Shown: in pieces, positions 1 through 10,500 of the stretch
How positions within the stretch are numbered: position 1 is the stretch's first letter
How the letters are laid out: each line of letters begins with the position of its first letter
Virus record (IMG/VR): IMGVR_UViG_3300042473_000311
Coordinates: 1,055-65,054 of that record
DNA length: 64,000 bases
Direction: 5' to 3' (one strand)
From: a virus
Lineage: Duplodnaviria > Caudoviricetes
Notes under the pieces: model-generated
The model's database searches: none
What the model saw: only the letters and a program-made list of their open reading frames with translations
Told to the model about the DNA's origin: nothing
Position numbers and translations under genes: made by a program

Positions 1-2
1 AC

Positions 3-359
3 AGTAGTTGTTAAAATATTCCCCTCTGAATAATTAATATCTACATGTAAAGGACATGATGGTATAGCACATAACTGAACTAAGATAGCATCAATCACTT
101 GCTGAATACCATAAGTACCAGCAGCTAAGCCTATGCAATTCCCAGCCCCTATAGTAACGCTAGTCATAGTAGATAGCTCAGCTACCATATTAGTAGTATA
201 GCTCTCTAATAAAGTCAACACATCATTTAAAGAAGCATCACAAGGAACTTCTATAATATTGAAACTACCATCAAATACAGTTAGGTCAGATGTCTTTGTA
301 GGACAGTTATCTGAACATGAACAATTTGATCCTAAATTTCCACAAGTAGTACAGCTCAT
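3..359 (-). CDS. Cys-rich probable virion protein, runs off the window edge (partial)
   Basis: ATG at 359, MSCTTCGNLGSNCSCSDNCP..., open to the window edge; 3 nt from the upstream stop; not in the ORF track. Confidence 0.75.
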   Translation of the reverse strand, partial: MSCTTCGNLGSNCSCSDNCPTKTSDLTVFDGSFNIIEVPCDASLNDVLTLLESYTTNMVAELSTMTSVTIGAGNCIGLAAGTYGIQQVIDAILVQLCAIPSCPLHVDINYSEGNILTTT

Positions 360-362
360 ATC

Positions 363-1607
363 TTAACAATTACAGTTTTCATTCAAATTATTTATCAAGC
401 ATTGTTGCTCTTCATCACATATCTTTCCATAAGGTAAACACCACAATACATCAAATATTAAGTGTTTCTTGAATAAGTCATCCCACTCTGGCCCACAATT
501 AAATCCAAATATCTCTTTATTTCTTATGGAAGAAATTTCATCTACAAAGATAGCTTTCTTTTTCTTTAGTAAGTTTCTATTCTGAGGAGTATCGTAATCA
601 CAACAATCAAAACATTTAACGCCTTTAACAAAAACAAGGTCAAATAATTCAGAATTATATGATCCAAAAGGACATTCATTAGTTGATGTTAGATTGGCAA
701 ATGTAGGTCCACTAACACTTAAAGCCCCTTTTAATACCCATTGACCATTTAAGTAGAATATATAATAAGTATTCTCCCCTATTGTAAAAGTATAATAATT
801 AACACCCCCATATACTAATACATTCCCATATTCATCATATTCTACTGTAGCTGTATATTCATCTCCATCTATATTAATAACAACCTCAGTATCACAACAT
901 CCACAATCAAGTATAGTAGTCTTTAAATCAAATCCTGTAACACCAAAGTCTTGAAACGCCATCCTACTAACAGGATTACTAAACTCAAATATGTAATTCC
1001 CATAAGGACATTGATTAGAGCTAAAGTAATATGATATAGGAATATAAACATTAGGAGTGTTAGAGCCTTCAAATACCCAAGCTGGAGTTCCTATAGGCGC
1101 ACCAGAACCAGGTATAGTAGAAGCATCTGGAGTCCAATATAATCTAAACTCAGTATAAGGGGTGAATGCACCAGAGAAAGCATAAGACTTCTTACCATTA
1201 GTATATCCCCCATCCCAAGAGAAGTAAAAACTAAATAATCCTAGACTAAAGAATCCAACAGCAATACAGTCTAAATCCCAACAGTTGCTTATAGGACAAT
1301 CATCTGGCCCTAAACCATACAAAACACCTATTACTACAAATGAACTTATAGTTTCATTACCATAAGACATTTCCCATCTATCAAGCTCATAATTATAATA
1401 AATATACAATGTATAAGGTTGACCTAACGTAGGTTCAAATACTGTGCTATTATATACTTCATATACCGTATCTCCTTCAAAATCAGTAGGATAAGCTGTA
1501 ACAGTCTCAATTAATACTCCTGATGAGTTATATATATTAGTCTCAAACCCACACAAGCAAGTTGTAGGGGTAGGACATTTATTAGTATCTGGACAATTAC
1601 AACTCAT
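363..1607 (-). CDS. Cys-rich probable virion structural protein (414 aa)
   Basis: Long ORF; Cys clusters at both termini and internally; TAATG overlap with the upstream gene. Confidence 0.6.
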   Translation of the reverse strand: MSCNCPDTNKCPTPTTCLCGFETNIYNSSGVLIETVTAYPTDFEGDTVYEVYNSTVFEPTLGQPYTLYIYYNYELDRWEMSYGNETISSFVVIGVLYGLGPDDCPISNCWDLDCIAVGFFSLGLFSFYFSWDGGYTNGKKSYAFSGAFTPYTEFRLYWTPDASTIPGSGAPIGTPAWVFEGSNTPNVYIPISYYFSSNQCPYGNYIFEFSNPVSRMAFQDFGVTGFDLKTTILDCGCCDTEVVINIDGDEYTATVEYDEYGNVLVYGGVNYYTFTIGENTYYIFYLNGQWVLKGALSVSGPTFANLTSTNECPFGSYNSELFDLVFVKGVKCFDCCDYDTPQNRNLLKKKKAIFVDEISSIRNKEIFGFNCGPEWDDLFKKHLIFDVLWCLPYGKICDEEQQCLINNLNENCNC

Positions 1608-2380
1608 TAGTTACAACAACAAAGTGATTTTAAAATATCCATGTGGTCTTGAGCATTATCCCAATCAAATCCACAAGCAGCAAACTCTAATCCATCCATC
1701 ACAACTCTCATCTTCATAGCCTTCATAAAAGCTGCATTATCGCACATACTCTTACAAGGATTCTTCTGAATACCACAGAACGCATCTGCGACAGCCTGTC
1801 TGTAACAATCTTCAATAGAGATACACAAAACAACAACTCTCTCACTAGCACAGTAACGAGTAGAATTACAAGTGTCAACATCAGTATAAAGAGTCCAGTA
1901 AGCATCGTTAAGAGGATCTGCTGGATCAAGGTTAGTAGATGATACAGTCGCTTTGTAATATTTACCATCTCTTAAAACTATTGGTTTTAAATACGCTTCG
2001 TAATATACGTCTGACCTCCAGTTAGGATATGTACATAATTCAACAGAATAAATACCATCCACATCTGCACTTGTAAAGTTGTATGTGAAAGTGTTATTAG
2101 AAGCTAAATGAGAAGGTATAATGTTATATGATATACCTTGCTGTGCCATAGGATAGGCAGTAGGATTATTCGTTCTTATATCAGCTGTAATGAGCTGGAA
2201 TGTTGAGCCATCACCTCTTGTAATAGTTATTACTCTACTTGTAAAGTCCGTTGACAAATGCCCAGGCATGTCACTATCAACATAGTTAGAAGTGTCCTTA
2301 AATGTAATTTTCTTACAATCGCATGACAACTGTAGCGAACTACATCCATCAACTAACAAAGAAGTTTTAAAATTGCTCAT
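1607..2380 (-). CDS. Cys-rich probable virion structural protein (257 aa)
   Basis: ORF preceded by TAAATTTG at 2396-2403; ends LCCCN. Confidence 0.55.
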   Translation of the reverse strand: MSNFKTSLLVDGCSSLQLSCDCKKITFKDTSNYVDSDMPGHLSTDFTSRVITITRGDGSTFQLITADIRTNNPTAYPMAQQGISYNIIPSHLASNNTFTYNFTSADVDGIYSVELCTYPNWRSDVYYEAYLKPIVLRDGKYYKATVSSTNLDPADPLNDAYWTLYTDVDTCNSTRYCASERVVVLCISIEDCYRQAVADAFCGIQKNPCKSMCDNAAFMKAMKMRVVMDGLEFAACGFDWDNAQDHMDILKSLCCCN

Positions 2381-2429
2381 CTTGATTTATTGTTACAAAT
2401 TTAACATTTTTTATAATATAGTATTTTTA

Positions 2430-5400
2430 TCAGTTTCCATATTCAATACGCTTCAATCCAGGTCTCTTACGTTTTATCATAACTCCTTGCACTTCTTTTT
2501 CAGATTGATTAACATCTGGCTCTGATACAGGATTTGATATAGGACCTCCTGGTTTAGAAGGATATATGTCATAATATTCTTCTGGCTTTCCTAAAATATC
2601 TGAATAGCTCTTAAATAATTGATTGTCTCGTTTGTACAAAATAGCATCAAAGAATTGTTTAGGAACATTCTTAGAGAAAGGTTCTGCCTCTTTTGTTGTT
2701 CCAGCTCCTTCTCCATATATAAGTTCTTCAAAAGTTCCATTGTCATCAATATAGTTAGATATATCTCTATAAAGATTCATAGGCTTGTCTATACCAAAAA
2801 GTTTTAAAAATCCATCCATTCCTTTTTTACCCATTCTATTAAATCTAGACTGATTAGAGAACTCTTCTTTGAATTTACTGATACTTTCCTTATCATTACT
2901 TATAATTCCAGTTTTAACTGCGTTTTTGCGTAAGTAATCAATTTTCTCATCTTCTGGTAGATCATTAAATTCTTCTAGCTCTTTTCCTTTTAATTTGAAC
3001 CTAGCAAAGTAATCTTTTTTCATTTCTTCTGTCAAGAAATCCCAATCACTAGAAGCCATAGCTAAAGAAGAAACAAAGTCAGTAAAGCTATTTATTGTCT
3101 CTCCTTGAGGTCTTTCATTGAAATACTCTCTTCCTCTCATTTGATTTAAAACAAGATTAGTAGCAAATCCGACAAAATATAATGATTGAATATTTGACAT
3201 AACATTATCTGCTAATAAATCAAATGTAATTCTATCAAACATGTTTTCTTTTGCTTCTTCATCTTCTTCTTCAGCTACATCTAATACAGTAAGTAAAGTA
3301 CCTGACATCAATGAGAATGGAATACTTCCTACTACTGTATAATATAACATATCAGCAACAGCTTGATTCTTTTCTTGTTTTGTTAGATTTTTCCAATCTT
3401 GAATATCTTTTGCCGATTTAACTATCTTTTTACCCATTGAGTTCTGAGCGCTGACAAATGGAACTAAGAATCTATACATAGGATCATAAGTAGCGGCAGA
3501 AACAATAGATTTATCTATAGCTGGCTGTTGAGTTCTTTCAGTTTCTTCAAACCATCTTTGAAGAGCAAAATCTTTAGCATCTTGATAATCACCTCCATTA
3601 TCTTTAAATCTCTTTTTGAATTGAGCCATAGCAAAAGCACCTCCTCCAAACGGAGTTGAAGTAGCTAAAAAGTCTCCAGCTTTAATAGGTGACAAAGCAG
3701 CAAACACAGCCTTGTCTATGACTTTCTTCCCTAACTCACTTACAACAGTGTCAACTTGAGCCTCTATTGCTTTCATTTCTTGATTGGAAGCCCCTTTAAG
3801 TCTCTCCCATAAGTAAGGATTATCTTTATAGAAGTCTAACGCAAAATCAATTTCAGTAGCATTTTTAGGAACAACTGATGCTATTATTTGAGCTGGATTT
3901 ATTCCATCAACCCATCCTGCATTATAGTAATTTAAAAATGCTGATGCCTGTTGAGGTATAGCTTTTAATCTTAACCATAGTGTCTTGACAGCTGTATAGT
4001 TAGCTAAGAAATCCATACTGCTAGTCTTGTAAGGATTTTTATCAGTAAAGACAACCTTCATTAAGTCAATCAAATCATTATACTTGTTAGTATCATTTAA
4101 TTTATCTAATACTCTAGGTCTATTTACATCAGACAATAATGTTCTAGAATTTTCTATAACAGGTATAAATTCTTTAGCATGAACCATTGATTCTACATAT
4201 CTATTATAAACATCATAAGAATTAGCTAACTCAAATGGACCATTGTATTTAGGGTCTCTTTGTCTCATGTTAGGAGCAATCATAGACAACTCCTTATTAC
4301 TGAATCCCTCTAAGTTTAATTCTAATGTTTCAGACACTCCTGCTGGCTCTGGCCAATAATATCCTTTATCAAGAGGAATACCATATAAATTTTCTATCGT
4401 AGATCCAAACTCTTCTCTAAACTTCTTATCATACATTTCTCTCAAGAAATCATAATAAGCCATTAGCTTAGGGTCTCCCTCAACTAAAGCTTTTACTTTA
4501 TCTGTATCTATATGATTTTTAGATTTAAGTCTTTCTATATTCTTTTCAGCTTTTTTTGCATCTGGATTATTTATTAATCCATATATATGTACAGCCTGGT
4601 CTCTATTTATTTTTTTAGCTTTAACCCCTTCTAAATCAGATACATCAGTAGATATACCGCTATCTTTTGATAAATAATCAATAGCAGAACTGAAACCTCC
4701 AAAGATATTTTTAACAGCATCTCTGTACTCTCCTTTAAATTTAGCTGTATTTTTTACTTTATTGTATATAGCTTTTTTAGTAGGGTCTAATATATTTTCT
4801 TTAGTCCAATCTCTAAGTTCTTTAGATCCCTTACTTATATCTTTCATGTAAGTATCTAAGTCTCTTATAGCGGCCATAGTATATTTTCTCGCTGTCTTAA
4901 GAACTCCTTTTTTCTCTTGTTTTTGTTCTTTTAACTCAGTATCTTTATTTATATAGAATTTAGTTCCAGTATAGTCTTTATCTTCATTTTCTTTAGCAAA
5001 TTCTTTAAACGCACTCTTGCTCATTACTTGATTGTCAACAACTACTACTCCATTTCTTCGCTCCATGAAATCAAGTATTTCTTCTTCAGAATTAAGAGTT
5101 GCATTTGGCTTATCTAATGTTTCAAGTATTAAAGCTTCGCTAGATTTTTTAACTTCTTTTTTCTCTTTAGTTTCCGATTTCTTTTCTGCTCTACCCCCAG
5201 CTTGAATGTTTTGTATTTGTTCTTTTAAAGCATCTAATTCTTCTTTAGTTTTACTTTCAAGATTATCTTTATCAAATAATCCTTTGTCTCTCATTTCATT
5301 TATTTGACGTAGAGCATCTAAAGATACGTTTGCTTTCTTAACACCTGTCCTTCTATTTTTAGAAATCATTTTAGGACTAGTAGGCTTAGTTAAATTTATA

Positions 5401-7067
5401 ATCTCCTTAATAGTAGCTTTTCTCTCTTTTTCAGCTTGTTTAGCTTCTGCTGTTTCAATTTTAAACTCTTTATTCTCTATTCTTTTATTTTCTCTTTCAA
5501 GAGCTTTCTGAATACCAGCAACAGTTTTTACTTTGTCGAAGTTGTTATTGATTTCTTTTATTACTTCAGATTTATTATATACGTCATCTGGTAAATTTCT
5601 TTCTACAAACTTTTTAGCTTTATTCTTTAATGTTTCAAATTGTTTAGCTGTAGGCGTTGTTGTTTTAGCTGTTTCTAACTCATTGTTTAAATCAGTAAAT
5701 TCAGCGCCCCTTATATCAGCTTGTTCAAATGTCAAATTAAATTGTTCAGCAGCGTATTTAGACAGTTCTTTTCTTATATTTCTAGTAAAGCTACCTTTTT
5801 CTTTAGGTGTTAAACTTTTGAATAAATCGCTGTCTTTAATATTTTTAATACTTGCATCTAAAAAATCACTAAAATTCCCCAATGATACACCGCCTGATTG
5901 TACTGAATCAGCAACTATATCTACAGCTTTATTCCATAACTTAGGAGGAATAGGTATAATAGTTGACCTTGCGCTACCTTCTTCTATTTTAGCTCCTCTC
6001 AAGAAGTCAGCAAAGTTCTTCGTAGCAGTCTCTATTCTTTTTTGTTTAGCTTCTGGAGTAACTTCTTCAGCAGTAGGCTCTGTCACCTTTTCTTCTGTTT
6101 TTGTGACAGGTTTAATAGGTGCTTCTTTTTTAATTATCTCTATTGAATTTGGATCAAATACTACATAATTATAATTATCGCCAAATCCTCTTCTGCTTCT
6201 ATACTTGATTCCATCAATACCAGCTCTTTTGAATATTTCAGTAGCTTTCTGTTGACCAAAAGCATCTTTTAAATCGCTATAAATATTACCAACAGCAGAA
6301 GGCTTTTCATAAGTTTCAATACCATACTTATCTCTTTGTAAATCATCAAAAGATCCAGTATAATCTTTTTCATAATTCATGTCATAAATTGGAGAGTCGG
6401 GATAAAATGCTTTATCTAAATGTTCTTGGTATTCAGCTTTTTCTTCGTTAGTTAATGAGTTATATAATTTATCTTCAACATCTTGATCTAATGGTTCTCT
6501 CCATTCAGCCCAGTTTTTAGTAGCTCCATTTTTTATTCTAACCTCATAAACTAATCCAGTTTTATCTTTTGACAATTTTTTAGCATATCCTTCTGCTATT
6601 CTAGATCCATCCGTAAAATAAAGACCATATCCAAATGCTTGAGCGCCTTCTCCTGTTCCTATTTTTTCTAATTGAAATTTATCAAAATCATGTGGAGTTC
6701 CATGTCTTAAAATTAAATCATTTCCATCTCTTATTACTTCTTTCTTTTTATCTTCTGTAGGAGTAACTTCAGCAACAGGAGTAATAGTTTCTTCAGTCTT
6801 AACCTCAGCGACAGGAGTAACAACTTCTTCAGCTTTAACCTCAGCGGTAGGAGTAACAGTTTCCTCTGTCTTAATTTCAGCGGTAGGTTGAATAGCAGCA
6901 GGCATTTGAAATATTTTAGCTAACTCTTCATTAGGCTTAATATTTCTAATTTTGATTTTATTCTCAATCATTACCTTATCAAGATAACCTTCACTTAAAA
7001 GTTTCTTGAACTCGCTTTCAGAGTAGATTCTATCATCTCCTGCTATCGTGTATTCACAATCCGCCAT
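2430..7067 (-). CDS. Large polyvalent/ejection-type protein with N-terminal ADP-ribosyltransferase-like (ART-PolyVal-like) domain
   Basis: RHGTPHDFDKF...IGTGEGAQAFGYGLYFTD...A..YA...GIDGIKY...NYVVFD; helical remainder; lies downstream of tail genes. Confidence 0.75.
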   Translation of the reverse strand: MADCEYTIAGDDRIYSESEFKKLLSEGYLDKVMIENKIKIRNIKPNEELAKIFQMPAAIQPTAEIKTEETVTPTAEVKAEEVVTPVAEVKTEETITPVAEVTPTEDKKKEVIRDGNDLILRHGTPHDFDKFQLEKIGTGEGAQAFGYGLYFTDGSRIAEGYAKKLSKDKTGLVYEVRIKNGATKNWAEWREPLDQDVEDKLYNSLTNEEKAEYQEHLDKAFYPDSPIYDMNYEKDYTGSFDDLQRDKYGIETYEKPSAVGNIYSDLKDAFGQQKATEIFKRAGIDGIKYRSRRGFGDNYNYVVFDPNSIEIIKKEAPIKPVTKTEEKVTEPTAEEVTPEAKQKRIETATKNFADFLRGAKIEEGSARSTIIPIPPKLWNKAVDIVADSVQSGGVSLGNFSDFLDASIKNIKDSDLFKSLTPKEKGSFTRNIRKELSKYAAEQFNLTFEQADIRGAEFTDLNNELETAKTTTPTAKQFETLKNKAKKFVERNLPDDVYNKSEVIKEINNNFDKVKTVAGIQKALERENKRIENKEFKIETAEAKQAEKERKATIKEIINLTKPTSPKMISKNRRTGVKKANVSLDALRQINEMRDKGLFDKDNLESKTKEELDALKEQIQNIQAGGRAEKKSETKEKKEVKKSSEALILETLDKPNATLNSEEEILDFMERRNGVVVVDNQVMSKSAFKEFAKENEDKDYTGTKFYINKDTELKEQKQEKKGVLKTARKYTMAAIRDLDTYMKDISKGSKELRDWTKENILDPTKKAIYNKVKNTAKFKGEYRDAVKNIFGGFSSAIDYLSKDSGISTDVSDLEGVKAKKINRDQAVHIYGLINNPDAKKAEKNIERLKSKNHIDTDKVKALVEGDPKLMAYYDFLREMYDKKFREEFGSTIENLYGIPLDKGYYWPEPAGVSETLELNLEGFSNKELSMIAPNMRQRDPKYNGPFELANSYDVYNRYVESMVHAKEFIPVIENSRTLLSDVNRPRVLDKLNDTNKYNDLIDLMKVVFTDKNPYKTSSMDFLANYTAVKTLWLRLKAIPQQASAFLNYYNAGWVDGINPAQIIASVVPKNATEIDFALDFYKDNPYLWERLKGASNQEMKAIEAQVDTVVSELGKKVIDKAVFAALSPIKAGDFLATSTPFGGGAFAMAQFKKRFKDNGGDYQDAKDFALQRWFEETERTQQPAIDKSIVSAATYDPMYRFLVPFVSAQNSMGKKIVKSAKDIQDWKNLTKQEKNQAVADMLYYTVVGSIPFSLMSGTLLTVLDVAEEEDEEAKENMFDRITFDLLADNVMSNIQSLYFVGFATNLVLNQMRGREYFNERPQGETINSFTDFVSSLAMASSDWDFLTEEMKKDYFARFKLKGKELEEFNDLPEDEKIDYLRKNAVKTGIISNDKESISKFKEEFSNQSRFNRMGKKGMDGFLKLFGIDKPMNLYRDISNYIDDNGTFEELIYGEGAGTTKEAEPFSKNVPKQFFDAILYKRDNQLFKSYSDILGKPEEYYDIYPSKPGGPISNPVSEPDVNQSEKEVQGVMIKRKRPGLKRIEYGN
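6755..6895 (-). repeat. 36-nt coding tandem repeat (about 3.5 units, TPxAEVKxEExx linker)
   Basis: TPTAEVKAEEVV / TPVAEVKTEETI units visible in both DNA and protein. Confidence 0.8.
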
Positions 7068-7068
7068 A

Positions 7069-7536
7069 TTACTTTGCTAATTCTTGGTCAATTAAAATAG
7101 GTTCACTAGTTCTACTTAGTCTAGCAATTAAATCTCCATACTCACCAACACTCTCCGTTTGTAACTCAATGAAGTGATGTAATAAAGCCTTTGTCTTAGG
7201 AGATGATTTCTCCCATGCATCTTCATACTCACCTAACAAATCCATCTCAGCTTCTAGAGCCGCTTGAAAAGCCTCCATTAAGTCGTTTATAGGAGCTTTA
7301 ACAGCAGAGATAGCTCTTACCTCCAATTGCTCCCCTAAGTTGTTCATGAAGTCCTCTAATTTAGCGTAATGCTCTCTTTCTGTATTTGACTCATTAGTGA
7401 AGAATGATGCAGCACCAAAAAAGTTTATAGTTTTCATAGAGTTAGCTAAATGCAAATAAAGTTGGCTAGCTTCCAACTCCATCTGTCCTAACTCATTAAT
7501 CATTTCTATTTCCTGTGGGCTTAATAAATCTTTCAT
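7069..7536 (-). CDS. Ferritin-like protein (non-haem FtnA type)
   Basis: 155 aa; ELEASQLY, GAASFF, EREH, ALEAE and LQTE match the FtnA four-helix pattern and ferroxidase ligands. Confidence 0.85.
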   Translation of the reverse strand: MKDLLSPQEIEMINELGQMELEASQLYLHLANSMKTINFFGAASFFTNESNTEREHYAKLEDFMNNLGEQLEVRAISAVKAPINDLMEAFQAALEAEMDLLGEYEDAWEKSSPKTKALLHHFIELQTESVGEYGDLIARLSRTSEPILIDQELAK

Positions 7537-7537
7537 A

Positions 7538-10500
7538 TTAACAATTCTTTTTAGTAATTAATTTCTGACTCTCTAGTTTATTTACAATGGTTGTAAATTT
7601 ACTATCTATTTCTGATATACGAGTAGCTTTCTCCCCATATTTTTCATTAAACGCTTTCATCGCCTTATTCTTTTTAGTAGGAGATGTTATCTTATTTATA
7701 TCAGATAACTCATCAAACTCGTTCTTAGCGGTAGCTTCACCTTTAACTTCTGTATCTACAGTAGATGCTTTAACTTTATTGTTTAAAGTAATGTTGCCTG
7801 TATTCTTATTTCTATTTAATACAGTACCATCCTCTAATATTAATCGCTCAATATTCTTATTTTTAGGGTCAGCCTCAACATTTACAACCTTTCCTTTAGT
7901 AGGATTCTTATCTTCTCTAAATTCAGATGTAACTTCTCCAGTTTGAATATCAGCAGTTTTAAGTTGTTTACCTGTACTAACATCTTTACCTATTAAATCA
8001 GATTCTAATTGAGTCTCTCCAGTAGTCATTACAGATGTAATCTTCTGTGGCTCTGTAGGTGTTATTTCAGTTTCAGTAGTTACTTCTTCTGTAGGTGTTA
8101 CTTCTGTTTGTTCTTCTTGAACCACTCCACTTGGAGCAGTCTCTTTATCGCTTGGCCCTTCGATAGGTTCGGTTGTGACAGATTCTTGCCCTTCTCCGAC
8201 TTCACTTGATACCCTTGTTTGGTTTTCTTCAACATTTTTCTTTTCTTCGTTAATTCTATTTTCTGCTCTAGATACTATTTCCTTTATTTGGCTATCAACA
8301 TTCTCTAATTCTGGATTAGGTAATCCTTTTTGAGATTCATCAAGTCCTTTTGCTTTTTCTAATAATTGCTGTTTTTGAATTAAAAGGCTAGCCATTTTAG
8401 GTCTATCTTTTCCATCTATTTGATCACTTATCTTACTGTCTATAGCAGCAAGATTTTCAAAGTTCTCCATTAAGCTCTTAGCATCCTCCTCTTTTATATC
8501 TCCTAATGCTAATTTATTCTTAACTGAATTAGCAAATATTTCCTTTAACTTACTATCATTCGCTGTAAGAACAAAAAAGTCATAATCTTGAGTAGATACT
8601 TCTTCTATTTTATTTTTTCTAAATAAATCCACAGAATTTAAAGTGCCACCTAAAGCTCCATTACCTATAGCTCCTCCAAGCGCACTTTCAGCTGTCATAT
8701 TTAAGTAATCTTTCCAAGTGTTTCCTTTATTAAAAACATCTTTTTCAAAAGTGTAATCCATTAAGTTTTTATACAAAATGTCCATGCCTATTGCTGAAAG
8801 AGTTTCTTCTTCAGCTCCACCAGCTGCCGCATTAGCTGTTGCCGAAAATAACTTAAAAAACTTATTGCTTACTTCTCCTTTAATTGCTTTTTCTACAAGC
8901 TCAAGAGATGCGTTTTTAGGTAAAGATTTAATTGAATTAGATACTAGATTAGTAAGGACTCTTTTTGCTATTGATGATTTTCCGCCTCTCAATAAAGTTC
9001 CGTATCCAAAATCTTCTAACACACCTATTCCAATAGAATAAGGTATAGTAATTACTTTCTTTTGAAATTCAGTTAAATCAGATAAATTCGGATTAGTAGA
9101 TACTTCTAAATCTATATCAGCATAAGCAGTTGAAGCAAAGCCAATTATCTTTCCTATTTTTTCTAATGGAGTTCCTGCTGTTACTATGGTTATTGGATTG
9201 GTCATCCCTGCTAAAGACTCAAAAACACTACTTACTGATTGCATTAAAAAACCTTCAGATTTAGGGTCTTTATATAATCCAGAATCTTTTAAAAATCCTT
9301 TTACAAAATCTTGATAAAGAACTTTTTTTCTTTCGGCAGAATCTGGAGAGCCTTCAATCTCAAACAAAGCATCAAGCGTGTCTGCCATTAAATTAGCTGT
9401 ACCCATGTAAGACTTTAAAGTTCCATTTACAAAACTAGAAGCTAAAGAACCAACTATAGTATTTTGTTTTTCAACTTTACTTGCTATATCACTTACAGCA
9501 ACTCCATATAAATTTTGAAGATCTGAACCTATACCAGTTAATTGACCTCTTTTATCTTCTATCTCGTCTTGTATCTTAGTTATTTCATCATACGTACCTT
9601 TATTGTTCTTATACGCATTATTAACTTGAGTTATAGCATTGTTTAGATTTTGTTGAAGTAAGGTTGTTTTATTTGAATATTCAACTATCTTAGAAGAAAA
9701 TTCATTTTGATCAATTAAGTCATTGTCAAATTTCGCTTTTAATTCATCAACTTGTTTGTTTATTTTATCTTGCTCTTCTCTTGTTTGTTTTTTTAAATCT
9801 TCTAATTTTGTTAAATAAGGTTGAATTGTACTAGAGTATTGTTGAGATTTTTTTTGAAGTTCTGAAATTTGTAATCCAATATTGTTTTGCTCTTTCTCTA
9901 TTGTTTTAGCAAATTTATCAATGTCAATTACTTTTTCACCTTTTTTAGATGACTCAACAATACCCATAAAATAATTAATACCTTTAGTCATTAAATCATC
10001 AGATGGTAAATTTTTATATACATCAGAAAATTCTGCTTTTTCAGTAACCCCTAGTGTTACATCTTTTTTATCTTTATCTTTTGCTGAATAAAAAAATTGA
10101 TTACCTCTATCTAAGTTGATTTGCCCATTACGAATCATTGCATTTGCAGGGTCATATATTTCAGACCACATACTAACAAGTTTATCTCCAGGACTTTCTT
10201 GAACAGAGTTTAACCATCTTTCTAATTGTTTTGCATCGTTAGAATCATTCTCTTCATCCTCATTTAAGTCAAGAATTAAATCAGATGCTACTACTCCTTT
10301 TGGAGCTTTTAAAACAACATTATCCCAATCAAGCACACCGCCCTCAAGCTGTACAGTAACTCCTATTCCTAATCCATCTATATATTTCTTGAAATCAGAT
10401 TGACTTTGATTTACTACATCAGCTCCTAATCCAGATATTTTTTTTGTATTACTAGGCATGTTTTTAGCAGCCCAAGTTTCAGCATCTTTTCTAGTTCTCC

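Noticed and set aside
5533-6168. 211-aa plus-strand ORF and similar antisense ORFs (e.g. 7587-7946, 13501-13866, 24065-24334, 33467-33871, 56292-56567)
   Set aside because: Shadow frames opposite well-supported genes, with S/L/F-rich composition and no motifs
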